Shown here: one piece after another, positions 1 to 8,125 of the stretch | Numbering within the stretch: position 1 is the first letter of the stretch | How the letters are laid out: each line of letters opens with the position of its first letter | Assembly (NCBI GenBank): GCA_913031315.1 | Contig: CAJWFU010000001.1 | Span: 1 to 28,788 of the forward strand | Direction of reading: 5' to 3' | Length of the DNA: 28,788 bases | From: an uncultured Phycisphaerae bacterium | GTDB taxonomy: Bacteria; Planctomycetota; Phycisphaerae; Phycisphaerales; SM1A02 | Position numbers and translations under genes: made by a program | The notes under the pieces: generated by a model | What the model was told of the DNA's origin: nothing | What the model saw: the letters and a program-made list of their open reading frames with translations, nothing else | Database searches by the model: none

Positions 1-2
1 CG

Positions 3-317
3 TCGGATATTCCGATCACCCTCGCGGCATTGATGGGAGCGGCATACCACTATCAGGTCATCGCTCTGCCCGGCGACACCGCCGTTCGGCCGCGGATTTC
101 GGCATCCGTGGCGACGGATTTCGGCCCCCTCGCTCCATCTCCCGGCGACCTGAATGGAGACGGTTGCGTCAACGCGGCGGATCTTGGCCTGGTGCTCGCC
201 GGTTTCGGCGGAGTTCCACGATCGCCCGGACTGCACCTCGCCGATCTCGATGGTGATTTCGTGGTTGGTGCTGCCGACCTCGGTCTGTTGTTGGCCCTCT
301 GGTCGCCTTGTCCGTGA
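3..317 (+). CDS. 5'-truncated protein ending in a duplicated dockerin/EF-hand-like tail (Phycisphaerales GC-type dockerin-like anchor)
   Basis: The frame is open from the window edge. Two Ca-binding repeats, GDLNGDGCVNAADLGLVLAGFG and ADLDGDFVVGAADLGLLLALW, are followed by SPCP-stop. Confidence 0.8.
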   Translation, partial: SDIPITLAALMGAAYHYQVIALPGDTAVRPRISASVATDFGPLAPSPGDLNGDGCVNAADLGLVLAGFGGVPRSPGLHLADLDGDFVVGAADLGLLLALWSPCP

Positions 318-405
318 TCCAACGGCCGTCTCCTTCGGCGTGATCACGGCATCGCTGCCGAGCGAACATCGAAGAACCTCTCGATGGCATGACGACTGAA
401 GTCAT

Positions 406-446
406 CGGCCACCCGCTCGTCACGGAGCGGGTGGCCGCTTTCAAAT
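406..446 (+). terminator. Probable intrinsic terminator
   Basis: Perfect 13-bp stem CGGCCACCCGCTC/GAGCGGGTGGCCG (406-418/425-437), followed by CTTTCAAAT, about 90 nt after the dockerin gene. Confidence 0.6.
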
Positions 447-577
447 TTCGATCTTCTCAGGTCCTTGACTCATCGTTCGGCATGAGAAAGGGGGGATTCC
501 ACGTCTGAAATCGGGCCCCATCTTCAAATCTTGGACGAAACATCCTTCTTCGTGGAGACTGCGATCGGAGACCGGCC

Positions 578-1177
578 ATGGACATGTCAGTGACGACGAA
601 CGATTGCAATGACCTGGACCTCGTTCGATCGGGGGATCTTGAAGCCTTCGGGCGGATCCACGATCGGCATGCACCATTGGTGCTCTCGGTCTGCCGTCGT
701 CACGGCCCCGGTGGACCGCATGGGTCGCGGACCGAGGCCGAGGACGCGACCCAGGAGGTCTTCATCCGTGCTTATCGCAAACTGGACACCGTGGAAGATT
801 GCACCCGGCTCGCGGCCTGGATCTGCACCATCGCCGGATTCGTGGTCAAGGAACGAAGGCGGGCGCTCGCACGCCGTCTCAAGCACGAGGGGGCCGCGAT
901 GAATCAGAAGATCCATGCTCGAGGGTTCGTCGACGAAAAGTCTCCGACGGCCGACCTCGAACGACGGGAACGATTCGATGTCCTGGAGTCGGCCTTGGAT
1001 CGTCTTCCGGATGATCAGCGTCTTGCGATCCATCTTCATTACATCGAATCTGATCCGATCGCGGCGGCCCGGCGGGCGCTCGGCCTCTCCCGAAGTGGCT
1101 TCTACAAGTTGCTTGCCCGGGCTCGAGTCAATCTCGCAGACATGCTTCAGGATCTCAGCCCGGAGGACTCCCGATGA
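578..1177 (+). CDS. ECF-family RNA polymerase sigma-70 factor
   Basis: Region 2 motifs GDLEAFGRIHDRH, EAEDATQEVFIRAYRKL and AWICTIA; region 4 LDRLPDDQRLAIHLHY; GGAG Shine-Dalgarno at 568-571. Confidence 0.9.
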   Translation: MDMSVTTNDCNDLDLVRSGDLEAFGRIHDRHAPLVLSVCRRHGPGGPHGSRTEAEDATQEVFIRAYRKLDTVEDCTRLAAWICTIAGFVVKERRRALARRLKHEGAAMNQKIHARGFVDEKSPTADLERRERFDVLESALDRLPDDQRLAIHLHYIESDPIAAARRALGLSRSGFYKLLARARVNLADMLQDLSPEDSR

Positions 1178-4100
1178 ACGAACAGAATTCGAATCAGGAT
1201 GTGGGTGCCGACCTCGACCGTCTCCTCGCCGAATGGCACGCCGACAACGTGGAGGCCGCTCGTGCGGGTCGGGATCGGGTGCTCGATGAGCTCCAGAAGG
1301 ACCGACCGGAGATCGCCGGTCGTCTCGATCACGAGGTGCAAGTGTCCGATCGAACGAAATCAGATCTCATTCCCGGGCGAGGTCTGCTGGCGGCGGCACT
1401 CTTCGTGCTGGTGGCGATGCTCGCCTTGCTGGTCGTGCCCGGGCCACAGGGAGCGGCACTGGCCGGCGTACTTCAGATCCCCGATGGTGGAAGGTTGGAG
1501 GCCTTCGATGCGGAGGGTGCGCTCATCGGCCCCTGCCCCCTTCAGCACACCGATGTCGCAGCCGAGGTCAGCGGGCCGATCGTCTCGGTTTCCATCGCCC
1601 AGCGATACGCCAATCCCTACGAGATTCCGATCGAAGCGGTCTACACATTTCCGATGTCCAATCGAGGAGCGGTGCATCGGATGATGATGACGATCGTCGA
1701 TCCGGATGGAAACGAGCGGATCGTGGAGGGCGAAGTCAAGGAGCGGAAGCTCGCGCGCCAGATGTATGAACAAGCGAGGGATGCCGGCTACGTCGCGAGC
1801 CTCCTCGAGCAGGAACGACCGAACATCTTCACCCAGTCCGTCGCGAACATCGCTCCCGGTGCGACGGTCTCGGTCGAGATCGGCTACCTCGAGGTGATCG
1901 ACGCTCGTGATGGTGAGTACACGTTCGAGTTCCCGACCGTCGTCGGTCCGCGTTACATCCCTGGTGTTCCCTCCGCGTCATCGATGCCTGATCTTCCAGA
2001 GGGTGTGGCGGTTCGTCGCGGCATCATCCTTCGCGGACCGGGGGTCATCGTTCCCTTCGCGCTCCCCCGGGACTGGTCGGACTTTCTTAAGCGGCCGGAT
2101 CAAGGATCCGATGGTCTGACGTTTGCGAGTTGGATGAAACGGAGGGTCGCGTCGGCGCCGGAAGAATTCGATTCATCGATGGTGGAGAAATGGACTCCGA
2201 ACCGAATCTTCGAGACGTTGACCACGGGCGTGCGGATCGACCGTCCGGCGGTCGCTGGAACGATCAGCGAACCTCGAACCGAAGCCATGTCGGCGGTGCT
2301 GAGTGGTTGCGTGGTCTACGACACCGCCGCCAACGACGTGAAGACGCGAGACAGGATGTCCGGAGAAGTGACGCTTGAGAAGTTCACGCTCTACGAAGGG
2401 GGATTCGGGGAGATCGCCGATCGCTGGTTCTGTTGGGCATCGATCGCCGGACCTGCTCCCGGTTCGAACTTCTCTGCGGACACCGATCAGGTTCCGGATG
2501 CGGATCGCATCACTCCGATGCCGGTCCGACCGGACCAGCGAGCGGGCCACGACATTTCGATCGATGTTCGAATCGACACTGGAGGCGTACCGATCGTCGG
2601 AATCGAGGCGCCGCTTCACGAAGTCGTGGAGAAGCGTGATGGCGAGGGCAAGGTCGAGGTGACCCTGGCGAATCGAGTGATGATTCCCAATCGTGACTTC
2701 GTTCTTCGTTGGCGGCTTGCCGATGATGCGATTGCGGAAAGCGTGTTCACGCATGTCATTTCGGGTGATGGGAACGAAGCGGTTGACGGCGGATATCTGA
2801 CCATGGTGTTGTCACCGCCGGAAAAGGTCGTGCCCGAAAGTGTTCGCCCGCGGGAGCTCGTCTTCGTGCTCGACACGTCGGGGTCCATGCGTGGATTTCC
2901 GATCGAGAAGGCGAAGGCGGTGGTGACCAGGGCCATCGATTCCATGCGACCGGACGATTCCTTCAATCTCATCACCTTCGCGGGCGCGACCAGGATGCTC
3001 TGGGATCGGCCTCGATCGGCCACTCCGGAAAACCGTGCCCTGGCGAACGCATTCATCGAATCACGCCAGGGTGGCGGCGGCACGGAGATGATGAAGGCGA
3101 TCAACGCAGCCCTGACCCGGACGATCGAAAGCGACATTCCGATGACCGTCGACGAACTGAAGAATCTTCCGGCCGACGGTCGGGCGGTCCGGGTCAGGCT
3201 TCCCTTCGGTTCATTCGCCATTCGACAATTGGTCTCGAAGCCCGATCTTGGAAAGCACGATGATGGGATCGTCGCGAATCGTGACGATATGGACGTGCAG
3301 TACGACGGTTCGATGCCGGATCGCCCGGCCGGCGTGGTGAACATGGTGATCAACGGGGACACCGAGGTGGACCTTGATGGACGATGGGTCATCGAGGACG
3401 GTCGGAGAATTCTTCGAGTGGATACCGCGACCCTGGTGCTCGACGAGACCGCGATTCTCGCCGACGGCGTCTCGGCGAAGGTGGATCCGATGCGGATCGT
3501 GATCTTCATGACCGATGGATACGTCGGTAACGATCAGGCGATCGTGCAGGCGGTGCGTGACAACGCGAAATCCACTCGGGTCTTCGCCCTGGGAGTCGGG
3601 AACAGCGTCAATCGATTCCTGCTCGAGGAGATGGCTCGCCAGGGACGGGGTGCCGTCGACTACGTACTGCTCGCCGACGGGGCCGACGCGGTCGTCGATC
3701 GCCTGACGAAACGAATCCAGACGCCGGTTCTCACGGACATCGAAGTGAAGATCGAAGGGGTGGAGTGCTATGGGATCCTGCCCGCGAATCCAGAGGGTCT
3801 GCTTCCCGATCTCTTCGATGCCCGTCCGATCATGCTTCATGCTCGATATCGACCACCGACTTCAGGATCGGTGCAGGGAACGGTGGTCATCACCGGGAAC
3901 ACCGGTTCAGGCCCCTACGAGCGGCGAATTCCCGTGACCTTCGCCCGAGACTCCTCGGACCATGCTTCGATCGCCACCCTCTGGGGACGAGCGAAGGTCG
4001 ACGAGGTGCTGGCGTCGCATCTGGCCGCGGTGGAAGGCGGCGCGACGCCTCCAGAGGTCGAGGCCGAGGTGGTCGCACTCGGGGAGGCGTATTCGATCGT

Positions 4101-4962
4101 GACTTCATTCACCAGCTTCGTAGCGGTGGAGAAATCGAAGATGGTGGTCAAGGGAAGACCGATGCTGGTCACCGTTCCGATCGAGCTTCCCGACGGAACC
4201 GATTGGGTCGGGTTCTTCGGTGATGACTGTCCCCCGTCGGTGCGGAGACGCGGTCTCGACATGGCCGTTGGTCTGAAGACTTCCACCGGAGATGATCTTG
4301 ATGAGTCGATGGTGCCCTCGGCCACTGAACGGAGATTCGAAGCTCCAGCCCGGGAAGGGAACTCTTCGTTGGCCGGATCTGGTTCGACTTCGGAATCGAT
4401 TTCAGGAAAATCATCTGGTGCTGGAGGGCGATTTGGTGCCTCAAGTGGCGGTGGTGGTCGGGCCTCGTTTGATCAGAACGCGTCCAGTCGAAAGCAGGCG
4501 GCCTCCGTTCCTGCTTCGCGGGGGAGAGGTCGGGGGCGAGGAAGAGGGAGTGCCTCCCGTGAAATTCCCGCACCACCGGTGATCGGCAGTGCCGACTTTG
4601 AAAGTGCCGTCGTCGACTCGCCCTCGGGATCGATGCGGGATCTTGATCGCATTGCTCGAACGATCGATCGCCAATTGATTCTGTTGACACTCGGAGCGCC
4701 GGTTTCGGCCTTGAACGGGATTCCGACTCTGGGTCTCGACGGCCGTCCCTGGATCGATGATTCCACGGTCGAGGTCACGATCCTCCTCGCTTCGGACGTG
4801 ATGCTCTCGAAGACCATGATCGGAGAACTCGGTCTTCTGATTCAAGGCGAATCAACCATCGCCGGTGCCGGATTGTTGGTGGCTCGAATCGACATCGACC
4901 GCCTGCTCGATCTGGGAGAGATCGACCTCATTCGTCGGGTGATACCGAGTTCTGGTTCCTGA
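1174..4962 (+). CDS. Membrane-anchored VIT + vWA domain protein (inter-alpha-trypsin-inhibitor-like) with N-terminal anti-sigma-like segment
   Basis: One TM segment at about aa 70-90. VIT motifs PLQHTDV..EVSG, EAVYTFP, ASLLEQERPNIF. vWA MIDAS VFVLDTSGSM, GGGTEM and IFMTDG; typical tail TLWGRAKVD..TSFTSFVAVE. ATGA overlap with the sigma stop codon. Confidence 0.9.
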   Translation: MNEQNSNQDVGADLDRLLAEWHADNVEAARAGRDRVLDELQKDRPEIAGRLDHEVQVSDRTKSDLIPGRGLLAAALFVLVAMLALLVVPGPQGAALAGVLQIPDGGRLEAFDAEGALIGPCPLQHTDVAAEVSGPIVSVSIAQRYANPYEIPIEAVYTFPMSNRGAVHRMMMTIVDPDGNERIVEGEVKERKLARQMYEQARDAGYVASLLEQERPNIFTQSVANIAPGATVSVEIGYLEVIDARDGEYTFEFPTVVGPRYIPGVPSASSMPDLPEGVAVRRGIILRGPGVIVPFALPRDWSDFLKRPDQGSDGLTFASWMKRRVASAPEEFDSSMVEKWTPNRIFETLTTGVRIDRPAVAGTISEPRTEAMSAVLSGCVVYDTAANDVKTRDRMSGEVTLEKFTLYEGGFGEIADRWFCWASIAGPAPGSNFSADTDQVPDADRITPMPVRPDQRAGHDISIDVRIDTGGVPIVGIEAPLHEVVEKRDGEGKVEVTLANRVMIPNRDFVLRWRLADDAIAESVFTHVISGDGNEAVDGGYLTMVLSPPEKVVPESVRPRELVFVLDTSGSMRGFPIEKAKAVVTRAIDSMRPDDSFNLITFAGATRMLWDRPRSATPENRALANAFIESRQGGGGTEMMKAINAALTRTIESDIPMTVDELKNLPADGRAVRVRLPFGSFAIRQLVSKPDLGKHDDGIVANRDDMDVQYDGSMPDRPAGVVNMVINGDTEVDLDGRWVIEDGRRILRVDTATLVLDETAILADGVSAKVDPMRIVIFMTDGYVGNDQAIVQAVRDNAKSTRVFALGVGNSVNRFLLEEMARQGRGAVDYVLLADGADAVVDRLTKRIQTPVLTDIEVKIEGVECYGILPANPEGLLPDLFDARPIMLHARYRPPTSGSVQGTVVITGNTGSGPYERRIPVTFARDSSDHASIATLWGRAKVDEVLASHLAAVEGGATPPEVEAEVVALGEAYSIVTSFTSFVAVEKSKMVVKGRPMLVTVPIELPDGTDWVGFFGDDCPPSVRRRGLDMAVGLKTSTGDDLDESMVPSATERRFEAPAREGNSSLAGSGSTSESISGKSSGAGGRFGASSGGGGRASFDQNASSRKQAASVPASRGRGRGRGRGSASREIPAPPVIGSADFESAVVDSPSGSMRDLDRIARTIDRQLILLTLGAPVSALNGIPTLGLDGRPWIDDSTVEVTILLASDVMLSKTMIGELGLLIQGESTIAGAGLLVARIDIDRLLDLGEIDLIRRVIPSSGS

Positions 4963-4990
4963 GTCGACGGTCGGCAGGATGAGGAACGAT

Positions 4991-5031
4991 CACCGCCACC
5001 CCGGATCAGCCGGGGTGGCGGTGTTTCTTCT
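4991..5031. terminator. Intrinsic terminator between convergent genes, probably bidirectional
   Basis: Perfect 14-bp stem CACCGCCACCCCGG/CCGGGGTGGCGGTG with a 5-nt loop, followed by TTTCTTCT on the + strand. Confidence 0.75.
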
Positions 5032-5055
5032 GCTGACGGGAATGGATCTCGAGAT

Positions 5056-5463
5056 TCAATCGAGGTTGAACCGGAGAGACGGCCGGGAGACGGCGCGACC
5101 ATCCCGCGTGATCACGGAAGTCACGGTCACCTGCACCCCGGATCCCTTCCGGACCGTTGAGACGGAACAGGTGACGTCGTTGCCATTTCCGGCGGACTCG
5201 ATCACGGAATCTTCGCCCACGATGGTGGTCATGGTGGGACTGGCGATCACTCGAGAGGGATCACCGACCTTTCGGATCAACAGGTCGATTCGCACCTGTA
5301 CGCGTTCGGGGTCGAGGAATTCACCTCGGGCCTCCAACTGCCAGCCGTCCACGGTGACCACGCTCGCGCCCGGCAGGGTGAGATCGGCGTTGGGCGGTGA
5401 CTGGGCGGCACATCCTCCGAGGGAAACCAGAAGCAGCATGAGGGGCAGACGAAGTCTTGGCAT
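5056..5463 (-). CDS. Small lipoprotein with secretin-core-like beta motifs
   Basis: Lipobox LGGC after a hydrophobic stretch. QVRIDLLIRKV and VIASPTMTTIVGEDSVI resemble secretin barrel motifs. Confidence 0.65.
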   Translation of the reverse strand: MPRLRLPLMLLLVSLGGCAAQSPPNADLTLPGASVVTVDGWQLEARGEFLDPERVQVRIDLLIRKVGDPSRVIASPTMTTIVGEDSVIESAGNGNDVTCSVSTVRKGSGVQVTVTSVITRDGRAVSRPSLRFNLD

Positions 5464-5481
5464 GGTTGAATTCCGCTCGGT

Positions 5482-6162
5482 TCAGCTCAGGACGATGGCG
5501 ATGGCACAGAGAAAAAATACCATGGCGACTCCGAGGAGGCCGAGCCGTGCCGATCCCTTCTGTCGAAGACCCCCCACCAGAATGGGAAGGCCGAGAAGGA
5601 TCAGGATGACATCCCAACCGAAGGGATCCTTGCTTGACGGTTCTTCCGCATCGTCGGCCTCGGCTTCCGCTGGCGGCATCGCCACCGCGTCGGCTCCACG
5701 ACGAACGGGATCGGAGATCGAGACCTCTTGATTCAGTTCGACCCCGTTGGGGGACAGGATCAGGTAATCGCCGTCTTCGCCCGGGGTGAGGAAGAACCGT
5801 GCGAGTTCACCGACCAACGGGAGTGGGTGGTGTCCGGACGGTCCCGGTGGCGGCGCACCCTCGCCCATGAAGGTGATGGTGGTCGCACGTACCTTGATGA
5901 CGGTGCCTTGCCGGAGCGTTCCCTTTTGAGTCTCCTCCACCCGGACGTCGTAGGTGATGTCCCGGTTCAGATTCCGATCGTCGGCCCGTTCCACGACGGT
6001 CCGGCTTTCGACCTGGCCGAGGATGATCTCCGCCGCCTCCTGCTGCAGGATCTCCGGCGGAAGCGGCGCTTCTTCCGCGACCGCGGTGGTGAGGACGAGA
6101 AACGCGGCGACGCCGATGAGGAGTCGGCGGAGAATGTCGCGATGTCGATCGGGTGTTCGCAT
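5482..6162 (-). CDS. Exported hypothetical protein with OB/NTR-like beta domain and two C-terminal TM helices
   Basis: Signal peptide (RRLLIGVAAFLVLTTAVA-EE), pattern IILGQVES..YDVRVEETQKG..GE..RFFL, acidic linker, two hydrophobic helices. TGATG overlap with the xylA stop codon. Confidence 0.7.
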   Translation of the reverse strand: MRTPDRHRDILRRLLIGVAAFLVLTTAVAEEAPLPPEILQQEAAEIILGQVESRTVVERADDRNLNRDITYDVRVEETQKGTLRQGTVIKVRATTITFMGEGAPPPGPSGHHPLPLVGELARFFLTPGEDGDYLILSPNGVELNQEVSISDPVRRGADAVAMPPAEAEADDAEEPSSKDPFGWDVILILLGLPILVGGLRQKGSARLGLLGVAMVFFLCAIAIVLS

Positions 6163-7469
6163 CAGAGAAACCGGTTGAAGTGATGTTCGAGCATTTCCTG
6201 ACGTCCGCTCTCGAGCGGCACCTCGCCGATCCTTTCCGCTTCGTCCCTGAGGTCATCAAGGGAGCATGAACCGGACATGATCTTTCGCCCGATTTCGCCA
6301 TCCCAGGATGCATATCGATCACGGACGAAGGCGTCGAGGCCGCCGTCTTCCGCGATCGCCGCCGCAATCTCCAAGCCGTGTGCCATGGCATCCATGCCGG
6401 CGATGTGGCTGTGAAAAAGGTCGCTCGGCTCGAAACTCTCGCGTCGACGCTTGGCATCGAAGTTGAGTCCACCGGTGGTGAACCCTCCCATCTTCAGCAC
6501 GCAGCGCATGATTCTGGCGCAGAGAAGGGGATCCGTCGGGAAGTGATCGGTATCCCATCCGTTGGTCCACTCGCCCATGTTGGCGTCGACCGACCCGAGG
6601 GCGTCGCCTTCGATCGCGCTTTCCAATTCGTGTTCCATCGTGTGGCCGGCGAGCCAGGCATGGTTGGTCTCGATGTTGAGCTTGAAGTGTTCAAGGAGAT
6701 CGAACTCCCGGAGGAACCCGAGACATGCGGCGACATCGGAATCGTACTGATGGGTGGTGGGTTCCTTGGGTTTGGGTTCGATGTAGAACTGGCCCTTGAA
6801 ACCGATTCGATGCTTGTGGTCGACCGCGGCATGCAGAAGACGAGCGAGTTGGGCCCGTTCCCGCTTGAGATCGGTGTTGATGAGCGAGCCGTATCCTTCC
6901 CGACCTCCCCAGAAGACGTAACCCTCTCCGCCGAGGCGGTGGGTCGCTTCCAGCGCCGCCTTCACCTGGGCCCCGGCATGGCAGAAGGCCTCGACTCTCG
7001 GACTGGTGGCCGCCCCGCTGGCGTATCGGGGGTGGGTGAACAGACACGCGGTGCCCCAGAGCAGGCGCTTGCCGGTCTTTTGCATCTGCAACTCGATCGC
7101 TTCGACCACTCGATCCAGATTCCGTTCGCTTTCGGTGATGTCAGCTCCTTCAGGGGCGACATCTCGATCGTGGAAGCAGAAGAAGTCGATGTCGATCTTC
7201 TGGAGGAATTCGAAGAAGACGTCCACTCGTCGAACCGCGTTGTCGACCGAATCGGAACCGTCGTCCCAGGGCGTCCTGGCGGTACCGGCTCCAAAAGGAT
7301 CGGCGAGGACGTTCCGCATGGTGTGCCAGTAGCAACTGGCGAAGCGAAGGTGCTCCCTCATTGATTTCCCGGCGATCTTGCGATCGGGGTCGTAACGACG
7401 AAAGGCCAGAGGATTGTCGGTTTCACGACCCTCGAAACGAATGGGGTCGATGTCGGGGAAGGCGGTCAT
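6162..7469 (-). CDS. xylA: Xylose isomerase (class II)
   Basis: Conserved motifs [41 protein letters not shown] and [11 protein letters not shown]; 435 aa. Confidence 0.97.
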   Translation of the reverse strand: MTAFPDIDPIRFEGRETDNPLAFRRYDPDRKIAGKSMREHLRFASCYWHTMRNVLADPFGAGTARTPWDDGSDSVDNAVRRVDVFFEFLQKIDIDFFCFHDRDVAPEGADITESERNLDRVVEAIELQMQKTGKRLLWGTACLFTHPRYASGAATSPRVEAFCHAGAQVKAALEATHRLGGEGYVFWGGREGYGSLINTDLKRERAQLARLLHAAVDHKHRIGFKGQFYIEPKPKEPTTHQYDSDVAACLGFLREFDLLEHFKLNIETNHAWLAGHTMEHELESAIEGDALGSVDANMGEWTNGWDTDHFPTDPLLCARIMRCVLKMGGFTTGGLNFDAKRRRESFEPSDLFHSHIAGMDAMAHGLEIAAAIAEDGGLDAFVRDRYASWDGEIGRKIMSGSCSLDDLRDEAERIGEVPLESGRQEMLEHHFNRFL

Positions 7470-7537
7470 GCGGAGCTCCGGGGTTGGTCGGGGGCAGTCT
7501 AGCCAACCAAGTGATGATCACCCCGTCCAGCGCTTGT

Positions 7538-8125
7538 TCAGATTTTCGGGACGCGGTCGAGGAGGTTGACCTCGATCGCTCCGTGGATGCCCAGGAGGAT
7601 CGCTTCCGCGGCGTCGTGCCGAAGGTCACCCTTGGGCTTGGATGCGCCACTCCAGGCGATCACCCGCCGAGCCAGACCATCGGCCTCTCGTTTGGCGATC
7701 TCACCGGATCGTTGCTGTCGGGGAAGCATGAGGCTCTTCCGCCACGCGGCGGCGTGGACCTGTCGGAATTCAATTCCCCGGTGAGCGGCCTGCTTCTCCC
7801 AGACTTCGGCGATATCCCCCCCGCCCTCCAACCAGATCCAACCGAGGGGCGGCGCTTCACGCAGGATCGTGGGGACGCCCCGCCGCAACTCCGAGCGTGA
7901 ACCGAAGTGCTTCGACCGATAGGACTTCAGGCGGCCATCCGGTCCATAGATCGCCAGTCCCGTTCGCAGACCCATGTCGATCGCGAGGAGATGACGTTGA
8001 GAGGGCGGAGGCGGGTTGAGCAGTATCGGATTGGGTGGTCGCTTCCGATCCGAGTCGTCCCGGGCTTCGAGTCGGGATCGTTTCCACTTCGCCTGTTTTT
8101 CCGAGTCTCGGTCACGGCGTTTCAC
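7538..8125 (-). CDS. Uncharacterised RuvC/YqgF-like RNase H-fold protein
   Basis: LLAIDMGLRTGLAIY (first acidic strand), IWLEGG and HDAAEAILLG. Start placed at GTG 8125, overlapping the fucosidase stop; the true start is uncertain. Confidence 0.7.
   Translation of the reverse strand: MKRRDRDSEKQAKWKRSRLEARDDSDRKRPPNPILLNPPPPSQRHLLAIDMGLRTGLAIYGPDGRLKSYRSKHFGSRSELRRGVPTILREAPPLGWIWLEGGGDIAEVWEKQAAHRGIEFRQVHAAAWRKSLMLPRQQRSGEIAKREADGLARRVIAWSGASKPKGDLRHDAAEAILLGIHGAIEVNLLDRVPKI

Noticed and set aside
3115-3489. Intein in the vWA domain
   Set aside because: No convincing N-terminal splicing block, no terminal His-Asn followed by C/S/T, and no LAGLIDADG motif.
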